From positions 992,001 through 1,056,000 of the forward strand of contig MU058824.1 in assembly GCA_013265495.1 (NCBI GenBank): a stretch of 64,000 bases of DNA, given 5' to 3'. The DNA is from Vicugna vicugna (Eukaryota). The notes beneath the pieces were generated by a model, which was not told where the DNA came from, did no database searches, and saw only the letters and a list, made by a program, of their open reading frames with translations. Below, piece after piece: positions 11,691 through 24,269 of this stretch (positions within the stretch are counted from its first letter, which is position 1; every line of letters starts with the position of its first letter). A program made the position numbers and the translations under genes.

Positions 11691-14600
11691 TCTCCTGTGT
11701 TTAGGAGAGATTTAATATGTTCTCTACAAAGACCTTTCCTGCTATAGTATCTTTCTAATCCTCTGGAGAAGTATCAAAAACTTTCCACATACCCTAGAAA
11801 TAAGTCAAGTAAACTAATATTGAAAAGTACCTATTGGATTGGAAACTAAACTTCTCTTTTTAACCTTAGTAAGATCAGTTTCACTGAAAAGATTGGGCAG
11901 CAAGTCACAATGATTTGTGATGTAAACCTGCCACAACTCACATGTCCCCTCCATCCTCGCTCCTGTGTGTCTACATCAAATCTCCAAACTCAAATATCAG
12001 TCAGTGGTTTCCAGGCAAAGATACCGGGCAGAGCTCATATCTCTCAAGTCCGAATCACCACCAGGCCAGAAATGATAATCACTTGAGAATGTTAATTGAA
12101 AGCTATAATTACAGTCAATGCCTAATAGACATTTTGCACTGATGTTGTGCACTGCAAGGAAAATATTTACATGGCTAACTCAAGTCCATGACCAAGTCTA
12201 TTTTTTTCACAACAGAAATAATGCTTTAATTTGGCATTACCAGACACACCAGAGTGAAGCATCTTGGATGTCTCTAACGTAATCAAGATGTCTCTTACGC
12301 TTTTGCGTTGTTTGTAATTCGTATGCCTCCTTTCTCTTCAGGATCTATACCTAAGTCTTTTGTGGGTTCTTTTGTATTCTATACTGTCTTTTAATGAGGC
12401 CAGCTATTTATTGAAGGTTTTGGGGGGCAGGGGGATGAAAGTTTGGTTCAGGTTTCTTGTCTCAAAACCCATTTCATCAAATTTGCTATTTCTCTTGCAC
12501 TTGGATGCTTATTTCTCTTCATATTTTTGGCCCGTATTGTACACAGCAAAACCTTTTAAATCACAGGCTCTCTGGAAACTAGCAAATGCTGCCTCCTCAG
12601 CCTCCTTCCACCCATCTCACCTTGACCAGGAGTTGGTCTCAGACTATAGAAGTGCTGGGCCCATGTGATTTCCCCTTCAGCACCAACTTCCCAGTGGTTC
12701 TCAGGGATGCACTGGTCCTTTCCCAAGACATTCCTATCCATCTGTGACTCCCCTGCCCTCCAGCCCTGGACCAGGTCATTCTAACCAAAGGCTCTTTTCA
12801 GGATGCGAATCCTCACAGTTAGGGAAATCTCTTTTTTGCTCAATCCCTGAGGCAGTCTCCTTTCTTCTGTCATTTATCTCCAGATTTCACAGTATTTGGT
12901 AGGTATGCTTCATAGTTTGTGGCCTTTTTCTCATTTGATTGAAGAAGAAGAGCTTTTTTCACTCATTTTCAAAAACTTTGTTGTTGTTTTGTAGTAGGCT
13001 TCTAAGGAGGGCAAGAACTAAAACCGCCCTTATGCTACCATCTTTAACCAGAAGTCCCAAAGCCTTTTTAAACCCAACACCTTCATTTATCTGTTATCTT
13101 TTTGTATTGTGCGTACTTCTGCAAATTGCTTCAAAGCCTGCTATGGAACAAGGTGAGGATACGTGTATATAAATCTTAAAATGCCGCATACATCCATTTG
13201 CCCCTCTATAAACCTTGATTTCTGTTTATCTCTTTTGAAGTCTTTTCATTCTTTACTTTCTTTTCTGTTATTTCTCTCACCCAATCTGGAAAGTCTTCTA
13301 TTCTCTAAAAGAGCTCAAAGAGATATTCTTTTGGGCCTCCCTTCTTTTCCTCTAGCCAGAAGTGCAAACTGCACTTGTCAGAGATGTAATTAGTTCTCTC
13401 CCTTCCCAGCCAAACTGTCTGCCCTAAATCTCTAAAAAATAGTTCCCTCATTGTTCGTGTCCTGAATATCTAAACAAACCACCAGTGATGCGGCTCCCCT
13501 CAAAACTCTCAACCACTGCCATGGAAACTGCCTCTTTCTGGTCTTGATTGAAAGAGCTTCTGGGAGAACTGCTTGTAGGCATTCCAACACCATGCCCCTT
13601 CTCTGCAGACCTGCTATATATTATAGAGATGAGCCCCTCGTTAGCTGAAGGGCCCCTTCATTCCTTCCACATCCCCATGGGGCCATTGAGCAGTATAAGC
13701 ATAGTATAGCAGCATCCTGCTCAGCAGAGTTCCCACCTGCTTCCTGCACCTGTTTTCTTGGGTTTGTGATCCAAGGCAAAAGAAGAGATGATTCAACCTT
13801 GCATGTATGTTTATCCTGCTGGTGGAACATCATTAAATACAGAAAGTCATGCAGAGAGAGTCCCAAAGAAGTGGATCACTGGATAGAAAATTCCCCCTGG
13901 ATTCACAGTGTTCACAGCTGGGAAATCTGGTTCCTCAAAAAAGATGCACTCAGGATCCAGGGTAATAGGAGAGAAGATAAAGCCATGACCTTTCACTGGT
14001 GTGAACAGAACAGCAGGTGTGAGAGCCTAGATGCAATGGCAATAACTTCCACCAAGGATGCCATTTCCCAAGAACCTCCTATTCACAGCAGCTGTGAGAG
14101 AAACCTTTTAAAACCTTATCTCATCCAGTCCCCCCAATAATCCTGCCAGCAGTCATCTCCATTTTATGCATAATGATATTGAGGATTCTGGTAGAGAATG
14201 GAAGGAACCATAGGAGTATTTTTTTTAAAGAATGATTACACTGTTGATGATTACTTGTTAAATCAAAAATATTTTCACATTTGGCTTGAATAAGTCTTCC
14301 AAGAAGTTGCAAATTGAGAAGTGAGGGCTGACCCTGAGCTTTTATCTTTAAGCAGTTTAAGGTTAGAGATCAATCACTCCAGAAGTGCTTTTGAGTATGA
14401 GAATAAACTCACTCTCCCAGGCCAACTCACTCTCTCCCAAGGTCAGCCGTTGACATGGAAGGTCCACTACACAGGTCAAGATATCCAAACACATCATGGC
14501 AGTTCCATTTTTGCCACTGCGACTATGAACATGGCTAAATAGCACTTTCCAACTATATCAAAGATCGCAAGACTTTTGAATCAGAAAGAATCCTAGAGAT

Positions 14601-15160
14601 CCTGATCCCTGAATCTCAAAGAGATGACAACTCTTGTTGGCAATGTGCTTGACTCAGTTTCCTTTTTTGAACTATGTAAAGACAAAAAAATTAGTTTTAT
14701 GACAAGAAGTATTTCCTCCCTGATGTTTTACTAACCCCTTCTAATATTGAAAAAAAAGGAAAATAGTACATAAACACAGCCCCAGGACAGATACCTGCAG
14801 TCTGGAGGGAATGAGGAGAAAGAGGGAGTGACCTGAGAGATCTGGGGCTCAGTAGAGAAGGCACTGAGGATAAAGCGCTGATGTAGGAAAAGTGCCAGTG
14901 TAAAGCAAAGATGCTCCACACTAGGGATGCAAGGAAGGCCACACTTATTTATTTTGAAAGTTAAAGTAAATTTCATAGTCTGATCCATCAAAGGCAAGAG
15001 GTCCAGCATCTTACCCCCATGGCATCCTCCTCTCCCTTAGACTGTATGAGAACTTCAAGAGCTTACACATTTTGAAACTCATGTTGGGTAGGAAAGACCC
15101 CCTGTGGCTCTCTTGCATGGGCACTGGAACTAACCATCCACTGTGTTTCTGATCATCTGT

Positions 15161-15250
15161 CTAGTGTCCCCCAACATGTATCCAGTGCTGCACCATCTAT
15201 CCAATATCCCCTACCATCTATCCAGTGCCCCCCACCATCTGGCTAGTGCC
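15161..15250. repeat. Degenerate ~21-bp tandem repeat, about 4 copies
   Basis: Units approximating CCAGTGCCCCCACCATCTAT repeated head to tail. Confidence 0.6.
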
Positions 15251-15538
15251 ATTACTATCTCCTGCAGAAAAGCTTGTGGTCCAAAATGAGCCTTCAAAGG
15301 GAGGTCATGACTTTCAGTATCCAGTCCTTCCATTTCACCCTCCAATGCCCCATAGTCCCAGAGGTGCAATGCCAGAGCTGGCTCAGGCATCTACCCACTG
15401 GGAAACCTGAAACCACCTTCCCAGGAATCCACCAGGGCTCCGACTGCTTACCTCTTCAACCCCACTAAACTGTGGGGACATTCCACTCTTTTCTCCCATA
15501 GATGTGTTTATGAGTTCATCAGAGAAGGCCCAGATCTC

Positions 15539-15567
15539 CAAAACAAAACAAAACAAAACAAAACAAA
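15539..15567. repeat. (CAAAA)n microsatellite
   Basis: Directly visible. Confidence 0.9.
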
Positions 15568-16967
15568 GTCCAACCCAGATGAAACAGTTTTCTTTATTTA
15601 GTAGTTTGGGTTTTTTAAATTAAGCATTTGCAGAGTGACTGTTATATGCCAGGCATTATTCAGATGCCAATTCAATCCTCATAACAATGCTTTGCTGTGG
15701 TGGATAGGAAGCTTCAGCAGCTTACCCAGAGTCACTCAGCTAGAGCTGAGACTCAGATTCAAATAGGAATCCCCAAGGTCTGGGATCTGAAATAGCACAT
15801 TCTGGCTTTATTGTTGTGAAATTTTGTGAACCAAGAATCGTATAGTTGAAAAGGCAGGCTTCACCTAGACCAACTCCTCCACTAGTATTTCAATCCCCTC
15901 CCACACTGCAGAGAAGTGGAAGCTCTCATCCTTGGAGGCACAGATTGAAATCTACCTTCCTTCAGTTTCTCCCAGAAATCCGGGCCCTGGCCTCCCTTCT
16001 TCCTCTTGATAGCACTTCAGAGTTTGTGTGAAAGCTCTCCTGTCTTCTTTCCATCACTCTTTTGCAACCTAGTCATTCCCAGTTTCTTCTACTCTTTCAT
16101 CTATGGCTGATTTCAACTCTCTGCCTTTTATTTCTGGTGGTTAGCTGGGTTGTGAGTGAGTTTTGAAAGAAATATCAACTATTGTCAGTGACATTACTGG
16201 GCATTTGTGTTGCATAAACCCCTACCCCATTATTTGGGAAACTCTACCAGGTGCCAGAAACTTTCAAATATGACTCATAGGTGATTTAGGAACATCCTTG
16301 AAAACCCCGCCCGGTGGGTAACAAGATGTTTACCTGTAATTACCTCAGAGCAAAGGTTAAGCACTTTGTAATATTGAAGACATTTTAAAAGATTATTTGC
16401 AAAATTTGCAAGAGGGAAAAATATGAGAACATCTGTTCTTTAAAATCACTGTAAAATATTCATGTACAAATAACTTAAAAATACTGATTAGTGAATCTCT
16501 TTGGAGTTAATTGGGTACATGAATTCCGAAAGTCTCATCTGGAAAAAGAGAATGTTCCCTAAGAGTTCTTTCCTAACTCTTCTTAATCTTACAATTTTCT
16601 TTATAATACTACACCTTTCCTGTGGAGTCATTGCCATGATATTTAAATAGGGGTTTTTTTTGTAATAAGGGTTTTTTAAATAGATCTTTTTTGGCAAATG
16701 AGAGAAGTTCTTTTGGAACTGTTCTAGTCTCTGAGATAAACATTATGTAAAGGAGCATTTGTGCCATGAACCCAGAGATTCACCTGAAGTACCATCGTGC
16801 CCTCTACAGAGCAGTTTTACGTTTATGAATTTCATTCCAGGCTCAAAAAAGAAAGGCCTTTGGAAGGCCTCTGGTTCTTGGACATTTTGTATCCTTTCTA
16901 ATGCCTGTGTGACTGTCCATTTAAGGATTCTTCTTAGAGTCAAACAGTCTTGACACAATCTTGGTGA

Positions 16968-16985
16968 CTTTTGGCTAAGATCAAG
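16968..16985 (+). pseudogene. Possible U2 snRNA 5' fragment
   Basis: CTTTTGGCTAAGATCAAG is an 18-nt identity to the recalled U2 5' region; flanks match only weakly. Confidence 0.35.
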
Positions 16986-17119
16986 ATAGAATTCTCTTAG
17001 ATCCTAAAGGATCTCCAGGTCTCTTTTATATGCAGTTCTGGTTGGCCATGTTTGGGCTAGATTCTACTGAAAGATAAACTATGAACCTGACCCACTTTAT
17101 AAAATTTATGACGCCGAAA

Positions 17120-17210
17120 TAAGATTGTCAGATTTTAAAAAAATAAAAATAATTCCCAGTTAAATTTAAATTACAGAGAAACAACAATTTTTTAGTAAGT
17201 ATGTCCTGAA
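17120..17210. mobile_element. MER53-like hAT MITE, one arm
   Basis: GATTGTCAGATTT...CCCAGTTAAATTTAAATTACAGAGAAACAAC...TTAGTAAGTATGTCC matches the recalled MER53 arm. Confidence 0.65.
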
Positions 17211-18079
17211 GACCATTTCATCTGTCATCATTATGCCCAAATTCAAGGTCAGTTGCCCTACATTAATTTTCCTTGTTGAACTTTGGAGGTATCTCCATTG
17301 TGGAATAGGATAAAAACTGCATCTATTTTTTTAAATCTCTATGAAAGACATAATAAATCCTTTCTCGACAAAAGAAATATGTGCCAATTGAGGCATATGG
17401 CTAGTCTCACCCAATGTATGTGCCTTGTACAGAATTGGAATCTGGGCCTCCACTCATTTCTTAAGAGCTGATAATTAGGAGAAACTACAAATGAGCTCAA
17501 AACAAAAAGAAAAAGAAAAAGAAAAAGATAAAAGGGGCAGGAAATGATCTGCCCCTGAAGAATCAAGAATCGTGATGAGGACAGGGATCTTGTGCCTTGT
17601 CACTGTTTTCCCCTGCCTCTAGCACTGTGTCCCTGACAAAATAAACGCTTGTACAGTATGGTATAGATGAGGATGGTATAGATGATAAATGAGTGAGTAA
17701 ATCATGCTCAAAGCCTCTTCCCCAAGCCACTGCTACAAGGTATCTAAGGGCCTTTCAGATCTCAGCTTTGTCTTAAGCTCTAAAAGATAAGGGACTAGTT
17801 AGGCTTCAAAATGTGGTGTCTACATGAGTGAATGAGTTTTGACAAGAAACAAATTTCTCTTCCTTAAATGGAACTCTGCTTCTCACCTGAGATAAAATAG
17901 ACTGAAGTTTGAATGAGAAGCCACAGAAGAGTTTCCGGTAAAGGTATCCATGATGAAATAGTTTCAGATACTATTGGACACCACCAATATCCCAACCTTG
18001 ACCCATAAATTTCCTATTACAGAGTAACACCCCATGTTGAAAAGTTAAAGTGTACAGTAGAAGGCCAGGAATCAGGAAA

Positions 18080-18160
18080 TCGGAGTGGAATGAATGGAAC
18101 AAAGTGGAGGGGAATGGGATGGGATGGGATGAGATGACATAGAAGGAATGGAACTGGAAC
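18080..18160. repeat. Degenerate (GGAAT/GGGAT)n simple repeat
   Basis: Directly visible. Confidence 0.6.
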
Positions 18161-19237
18161 ATGTAAAACTGATGACACCTTAAAGGCACTGTGTCTCTCT
18201 CTAACATGAGAATTTTGCAGTAGAGCATTACAAGTATTTTTGAGAGATCTGTTAAAGTACTGACCAGAAAATTTGCTCTAAGTAATTGGGCATTAGGATA
18301 GGTGTTATTTAACTGCTATTAAATGGAGATTTATTTAATGTTCTTGTACAAAGCCTGTGAAACCAAAGATATTTTAATTACTTCAACTAAGCATGCACCA
18401 AATTTGTTCCCTCTCCCACCATTCTTTGATCCTTGAGTTTGTGATCACTTGGGGAATTTGATTTATATCTAATCAATTTCATGAGATAAAACACTAACTA
18501 GAAAAATGCAAGAAACTAATCCATATTTCTTTCTGGAAGAGGGGATTTTTTTCCATATAAAAGAACCATAATCCCTACTTTCCTTGATTCAGATAGATAA
18601 GTATTTTTATCGTGTAAATACAGATTTTAATAGATTTTTATTGTTGTTTTGCTTATCCCAATTCACTTTGAAGCTTCGTCAAAAAACTCAATATGGATAT
18701 TTTATTTTCCAAAGTTGATTGCAGCAAATATGACAATGAAATGGTCTCTAGTACTATATATTAAATTTTAAGGATGTATTTTCTGTGCTATACTGGGCAG
18801 AAAATGGCTGTTATATAAAATCACTTAAAGAAGCAAACAAGCTTTTGTAATTTGTTCTTCAGCAGTAAGTTTTCCAGCAATACACATACAGTTGTCTTAA
18901 TAAAATGAGCCTCTGTTTTTATTTGATTTGAAATTTTATTTGAAAATGAAAAATGACTTTTTAACTTCAAGAAGTATGTTGAACAGGTCGATCTGATCAG
19001 TGTAAAGAATTGAATTCTATTATATTTGTTTGGAAATGTTTTACCTAGCCATCCTTATCCAAAAGTGTGCATAAGGTAATATAACCCAAAACACATGTGC
19101 AAGAATAACTTAAAATATTAAGAGGAAACAACCTTTTATATATTTGAAGTGAACAGATATGTTTTTGTTAGGGCTTTTTTTTTAGGCTAAAACATACAGT
19201 TTTTCAACCATTCCCCATATGTTGCAGTGTCAGCACC

Positions 19238-19591
19238 TGTTATGGACCGAATGTGTCCCCCCAAAATTCGTATGTTGAAATCCTAACGTCCAAGGTAATG
19301 GTGTTTGGAGATGGGGCATTTGGGAGATGATTAGGGCATGAGAGTAGAGCCTTCATGATGAAATTAGTGCCATTAGAGAAGAGACCCCAGAAAGCTGTCT
19401 TACCCCTCCCACCATGTGAGGAGACAATGAGAAGATGGTCATCTATGAAGCAGGAAGCCAGTCCTTACCAGACACCAAATCTGCTGGCATCTTGATCTTG
19501 GACTTCCCAGCCTCCAGAACTGTGGGAAATAAACACTTGTGGTATAAACTACCCAGTCTATGGTATACAGCAATCTGAAAGGATTAATATA
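19238..19591 (+). mobile_element. Solo MaLR LTR (MLT1A-like)
   Basis: Starts TGTTATGGACCGAATGTGTCCCCCCAAAATTC; contains CTTGATCTTGGACTTCCCAGCCTCCAGAACTGTG and AATAAA; near-TSD GCACC/GTACC. Confidence 0.9.
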
Positions 19592-21175
19592 GTACCCCTC
19601 CATTCTTTGTCCATACCTGAACATGCTCAGGTTTATAAATGACCCACTTAACGGTGTGTGAAACAAAAACCTGGCCACAGAACAATGGAAAACTGGCATG
19701 TCACCTTCCTTGTTCTGGGCACCATATTACTAGCATACGGGGCCATCTATTTATGTTGCCTTTCTGGCATCCCAAAATAGCTGTATAAAAAATTAATTTT
19801 ATATTTTATTTTATTGTTGCTTATTATTGAGTGAATATGAAAATTAATATATATATAATATAAAGTGTCAAGATAACACTTTAAAATGTTTTAATGCGCT
19901 TTTCTTTTCCCCACATCTTTGTACGTCACATTTGCCCTTTTCAGCCAAAGGGTCATTGCCTTGAGGAGAGTAAGGATTTTTAAAGCTGGATTGCAAAGAG
20001 AAAGATGTCAGTTCAACCTTTAATTTCCGAAATAGGATCTGAAAATTGTGAGAATCAAGAATTTCATTTTCAAAAGCAAAGTTTTGGGGCAGGAGGAGAA
20101 GAAAGGACTTATTTAGAAAGGACAATTTAGGAGGCTCAGGTTTTAGTTGACCGTGAACCATTGAGCAGGTAGAACGCAGGATATGAATAAGAGTGGGAAA
20201 ATAACATGGCATTTTCAGCAGCTGAGTCCTCCACTGGAACTCAGGAAACATCTCAATTTCCTCCAAAGCACATGCAGGCATGGATAGCTGGGATGGCAGG
20301 GGTTGCTACAGTGCTGTCCTCAAGTCCTCTCTGCCTTCACACACCATGCCTTCACATCTACAAATATAACTCAGAATACGTACTAGGCGATTTCCTAGTT
20401 CACTCTTTTCATGCTTAAAGGATAAATAAATCAACATAGTTTTTATACATAGATGTCTATGCTAGTGACCTGTATTGTTTAAACTAAATAAAACTCCTGC
20501 AATTTATTAAATCATGTATCTAAAGAGATCACCACCCAACTTGTTACAAGTGTTATCCATTTTCTTGGTTTTGTATTCCTGTCTTTAATTTCTAGTTTCA
20601 TAATTCTAACCAAACAAAACTGCTTCTTAAGAAATGGATATATGTGATGTATGGTGTCTTCTATATATGTTTGGATTCCTTTCTGACCTATTTCCCCATG
20701 TTTGAGATTGCTACACATATTAGGTATATTTTTATGCTTATTATTATTACTTTTTAGTTGCTAAAAATAATCTCTCAATAGCATAATCTTGTCAATACTT
20801 CTGTGCCTGTCTTCTGCTGGCATGGGGGATTTAGATGCTATAGATATTTTTAATAAATTATTTTAATTTCTCCAGTTGTGAAAATAGTGTGCATTTTTTA
20901 GCTTATTTTTATGTTAACATCATCTTTTTGTGATTAATTCTTAATCTATTACTAGCATTTTCTCTTTCCTTGTTGTCATCTTATCCCACTTATTCTTTTC
21001 ATTAAAACCTCATCGTTGTCTGCCTTTTGGCAGAGACATTTTAGCTTTGCATATTCCAAGTAGGTGATACTATCTAGCGTTATTTCTTACATACTGAATA
21101 CTGCATAAATTTATCACCTCTAAGCAACTGGGCCAATATTGTTAGTTTTATTTATTTAGACTCCTTTTGTCTTAG

Positions 21176-21526
21176 TGTCTTAGTCAGTTCAGGCTGTTAC
21201 AGTAAATTACGATAGACTGAGTGACTTAACAAACATTTATTTCTCACAGTTCTGGAGGCCGAGAAGTCCAAGATCTAGGTGCCAGCAGATCTGGCATCTG
21301 GTAAAAGCCAGCTTCCTGGTTTGCAGATGGTTGTCTTCTTGTTGTTTCCTCCCTTGGTGGAGAGTGGAGAGGGAGGAAGCAAGCTCTGCCCCATCTCTAA
21401 GGGCACTAATCCCATCCACAAGGGTGAAACCTCTCAAACTGCCTCCCAATACTATCACATTGGCTGTTAAGATTTCAACAAGTGAATTGGGAGTGGGGAG
21501 AGGACATAAGCATTCAGTCTGTAACA
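21176..21526 (-). mobile_element. Solo MaLR LTR (MLT1A-like)
   Basis: TG...CA termini; TTTATTTCTCACAGTTCTGGAGG..AAGTCCAAGATC; perfect 5-bp TSD CTTAG (21171-21175 and 21527-21531). Confidence 0.9.
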
Positions 21527-21682
21527 CTTAGTTTAATGTTGAAATCCTCTCGTGACTTACAATGATGATTTCACTGTGTGCTACTTAATTTGCTGACTTC
21601 TTGGGATATTTACCAGACCTGCTAATCTAATAGATTAGTTATCTCTTGGATCTATTATTGAAGTGAGTTATAAAAGTCAGTT

Positions 21683-21736
21683 GATAGGATTCTCAACATG
21701 ATTTCATGCGATAGGATTCTCAACATGATTTCATGC
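21683..21736. repeat. Perfect 27-bp tandem duplication
   Basis: GATAGGATTCTCAACATGATTTCATGC occurs twice in a row. Confidence 0.95.
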
Positions 21737-21759
21737 ATACTGTAATAATAATAACCATA

Positions 21760-21945
21760 GTAGCAATAATAATAAATCTGAGTGTGCCTGGCCCTGTGCT
21801 AAATGCTCTGCAAACATCATCTCATTTAATCCTTCCGGAATCAGTATCACTAACCCACTCATCATATGAGAACACCAGCCCAGACACTAAGTGGCAGAGT
21901 GTGATTCAAACCCAGGTCCTTCTGACTCCAGAGTCTGTGCTCTGC
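21760..21945 (-). mobile_element. MIR SINE
   Basis: TGTGCTAAATGCT...CTCATTTAATCC...GATTCAAACCCAGGTC..CTGACTCCAGAG. Confidence 0.75.
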
Positions 21946-23375
21946 CCTGTTTAACATTAGCTCCACGTGACCTGGCTGCCTTTCAGTCATGCTGACAATT
22001 TGGCTGAGCTCATCCTCTTCACTCTTGACTTCATGCATGACTTTTCTGTTTATTCTATTTTGCCATATAAAACGTTGTAGCATTTCTTTCAAACATATAA
22101 AATAAAAAACCTAGTGGGAGTTTTATGGCAAGAATTGAAATAAAAATTCAGAGTCACACCATCATTTGAACTATATTTTAAAATCCATACAATGTATTGA
22201 CTTCCTTGGGTTTAAAGACATTTCTGTAATTTTTCCATATATGTACTTGGCCTTCTTTTAACTGTGCTGTTTGGCATGTAGGTGCCCCTAGATTTAGTTA
22301 ACCAGACAGACAGAGTTACTTGACATTGTTTTATGGGAGCTTGTGTTCCTTGTTCTGGAAACAAAGGAGAAGATGACAAGAACCTTGAGTGGCACTTGTA
22401 CCCCAATCCCCAGGCTTGCGCCACCAGGGAGGGCATACACAGACCCCCAGATGAAAGAGCAGAAAGAACTCTTGCTGGAGGACTGCGCAGAAATAGCTAC
22501 CCCGCCCACCTGGGCCTCGGTCTCCCAAGCAGAGGTCACACTGTGTCCGTGTGCACATCTTGGCTGCTCCCTTGGTCCTGTGCAGCCTGTGACTAGCCAG
22601 AGCCTGGACTCTTAAACAGAAAAGCTTCTTCTAGCCCTTTTCCTTCCTCAGCATTGAGCTCTTCCTGGCTGGCCATTGGGCTCCTGTCATTGCCAAATTT
22701 TGCCCTCTTGGTAGGTCAATCGTTCCACCCTGTCAACGTGATTATGAGTTTCTGTAATCCAGTATTCTTACTTTTGTTTCATCTTCACAACTGTAAAACA
22801 CATTTTCAACATCTTCACATAGATTTTACTTATAGTATTCCATAGGTCCAAAGATGGAGTTTAGAAGCATAGAAAAATTCTCCCTACAGGTTTAGCCTGA
22901 ATAATTGACAGCTTATGGATACATTTGCATCAAAAAAAAAAAAACTCAGCAAGAATATGTTGTTTTCCTATGCCAGAGTCCCCGGTAACTGGGGGCTCTT
23001 TTAAAGTGATTGTTAGGCAATATTCAGGCATTTCTGAGTCTTCTGGACATGGGACTATCCACTAGTGCTAAAATTTTGCCCATATTTTAATACCTCCCTT
23101 ATTATTCTGGCACTTAGCTAGAAAAAGCCATTGTATTTTTTCCCTTCATTTTGTCAATTCTCAGATTAAGGAGGGTTTTATCCATGCCTACGCATTCTTC
23201 TAACTCTCTGTATTATTTTATTGTCAGCTTTACTTCAGAGCCTGTTCTAGTGCGTGTTCATCAGAGAGACCTCAGGGATAGCTATATTCATTTTAAATTT
23301 CTGTGAGAAGAGTGTAGGCAAAAGGGATCACTATCCACCACTGATCTTTAGCCTTTTCTTCTTGGATCCATTTCT

Positions 23376-23436
23376 CTGTGTATGTGTCTCTGTCTCTCTG
23401 TGTCTGTGTCTGTGTCTGTGTCTCTGTCTCTGTCTC
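23376..23436. repeat. (TCTGTG)n-type simple repeat
   Basis: Directly visible. Confidence 0.85.
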
Positions 23437-23569
23437 TCACCAAATCTGCTTGGACCACTGTTACCACCATCACTCCCAGTACTTCTGGCTCTTCCAGCTG
23501 AAAGAGAAATTCATTTCTCTTTCCCTTTGTTTTAAGAGAGATACTAACCTTCTCTCAACTCCTTTAACT

Positions 23570-24005
23570 CACCAAGCTCCTTCCTGCCTCAGGGCTTTTG
23601 CATGTGCTGCCCCTCTGTCTGGAACACTCTTTGTCCTCTGTCTCCATCCTGACACACATTTCACCGCTGCAGCCTAATTCTCCATCTTCCTCCTCTCCCC
23701 TCTCACCCTTCAGGTCTCTGCTTTCATGTCCCTTCCTCAGAGGGTCATTACTGGCCAGAACCCCCTTCCCACAGTCTAAATGACATCTGTCACTCTCAAT
23801 CATATCATGCTGTCTTTTCCCTTCATACCTTCTATTACATTTCCAATCATACACATCTTTCTGTTTGTGTATTTCATACCTGGCTCTCCTGCTTCTCCTC
23901 TAAGTCCCATGAAATCAGAGGCTTGCTTACCATTGGAGCTACACACCCAGCCCAAGGCATTAAAAAGCCTGCAATTACTGTTTAACTAGATGAATGAATG
24001 AATGA
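23570..24005 (+). mobile_element. L2 LINE 3' fragment
   Basis: CCTGCCTCAGGGCTTTTGCA...CTGGAACACTCTT and terminal (TGAA)n. Confidence 0.8.
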
Positions 24006-24166
24006 TTAAATGCTGAATTTTCTAGGAATACTTTCCTAGAAGACAGAAGAAAAAAACAGACTTGAAAATTCAGTACCTGAAGAGTTTAGAGAATCCTCTA
24101 TCTTAATTTTACTGGCTGTCAAGTCTAATTAGCTTGCCTAGGTTGTCACATGGAGGAAAATAGTGC

Positions 24167-24269
24167 TAGGGTGACCAGTCAGCTCAGGGCTGTCTTGTCT
24201 ATAGCACAGCAAGTCCCCCAGGCTAGGGAACCTTTCAGTCCCAGTACAGCTGAGATGGTTGGTCACTCA
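24167..24269. mobile_element. MER81-like hAT-Blackjack MITE
   Basis: Terminal inverted repeats TAGGGTGACCA...TGGTCACTCA, about 100 bp long. Confidence 0.65.

Noticed and set aside
13600..14120. 124-aa ORF / LTR-like texture
   Set aside because: No identifiable family, termini or protein similarity; left unannotated.
21683..21736. 27-bp repeat as CRISPR-like array
   Set aside because: Two adjacent copies with no spacer, in mammalian DNA.
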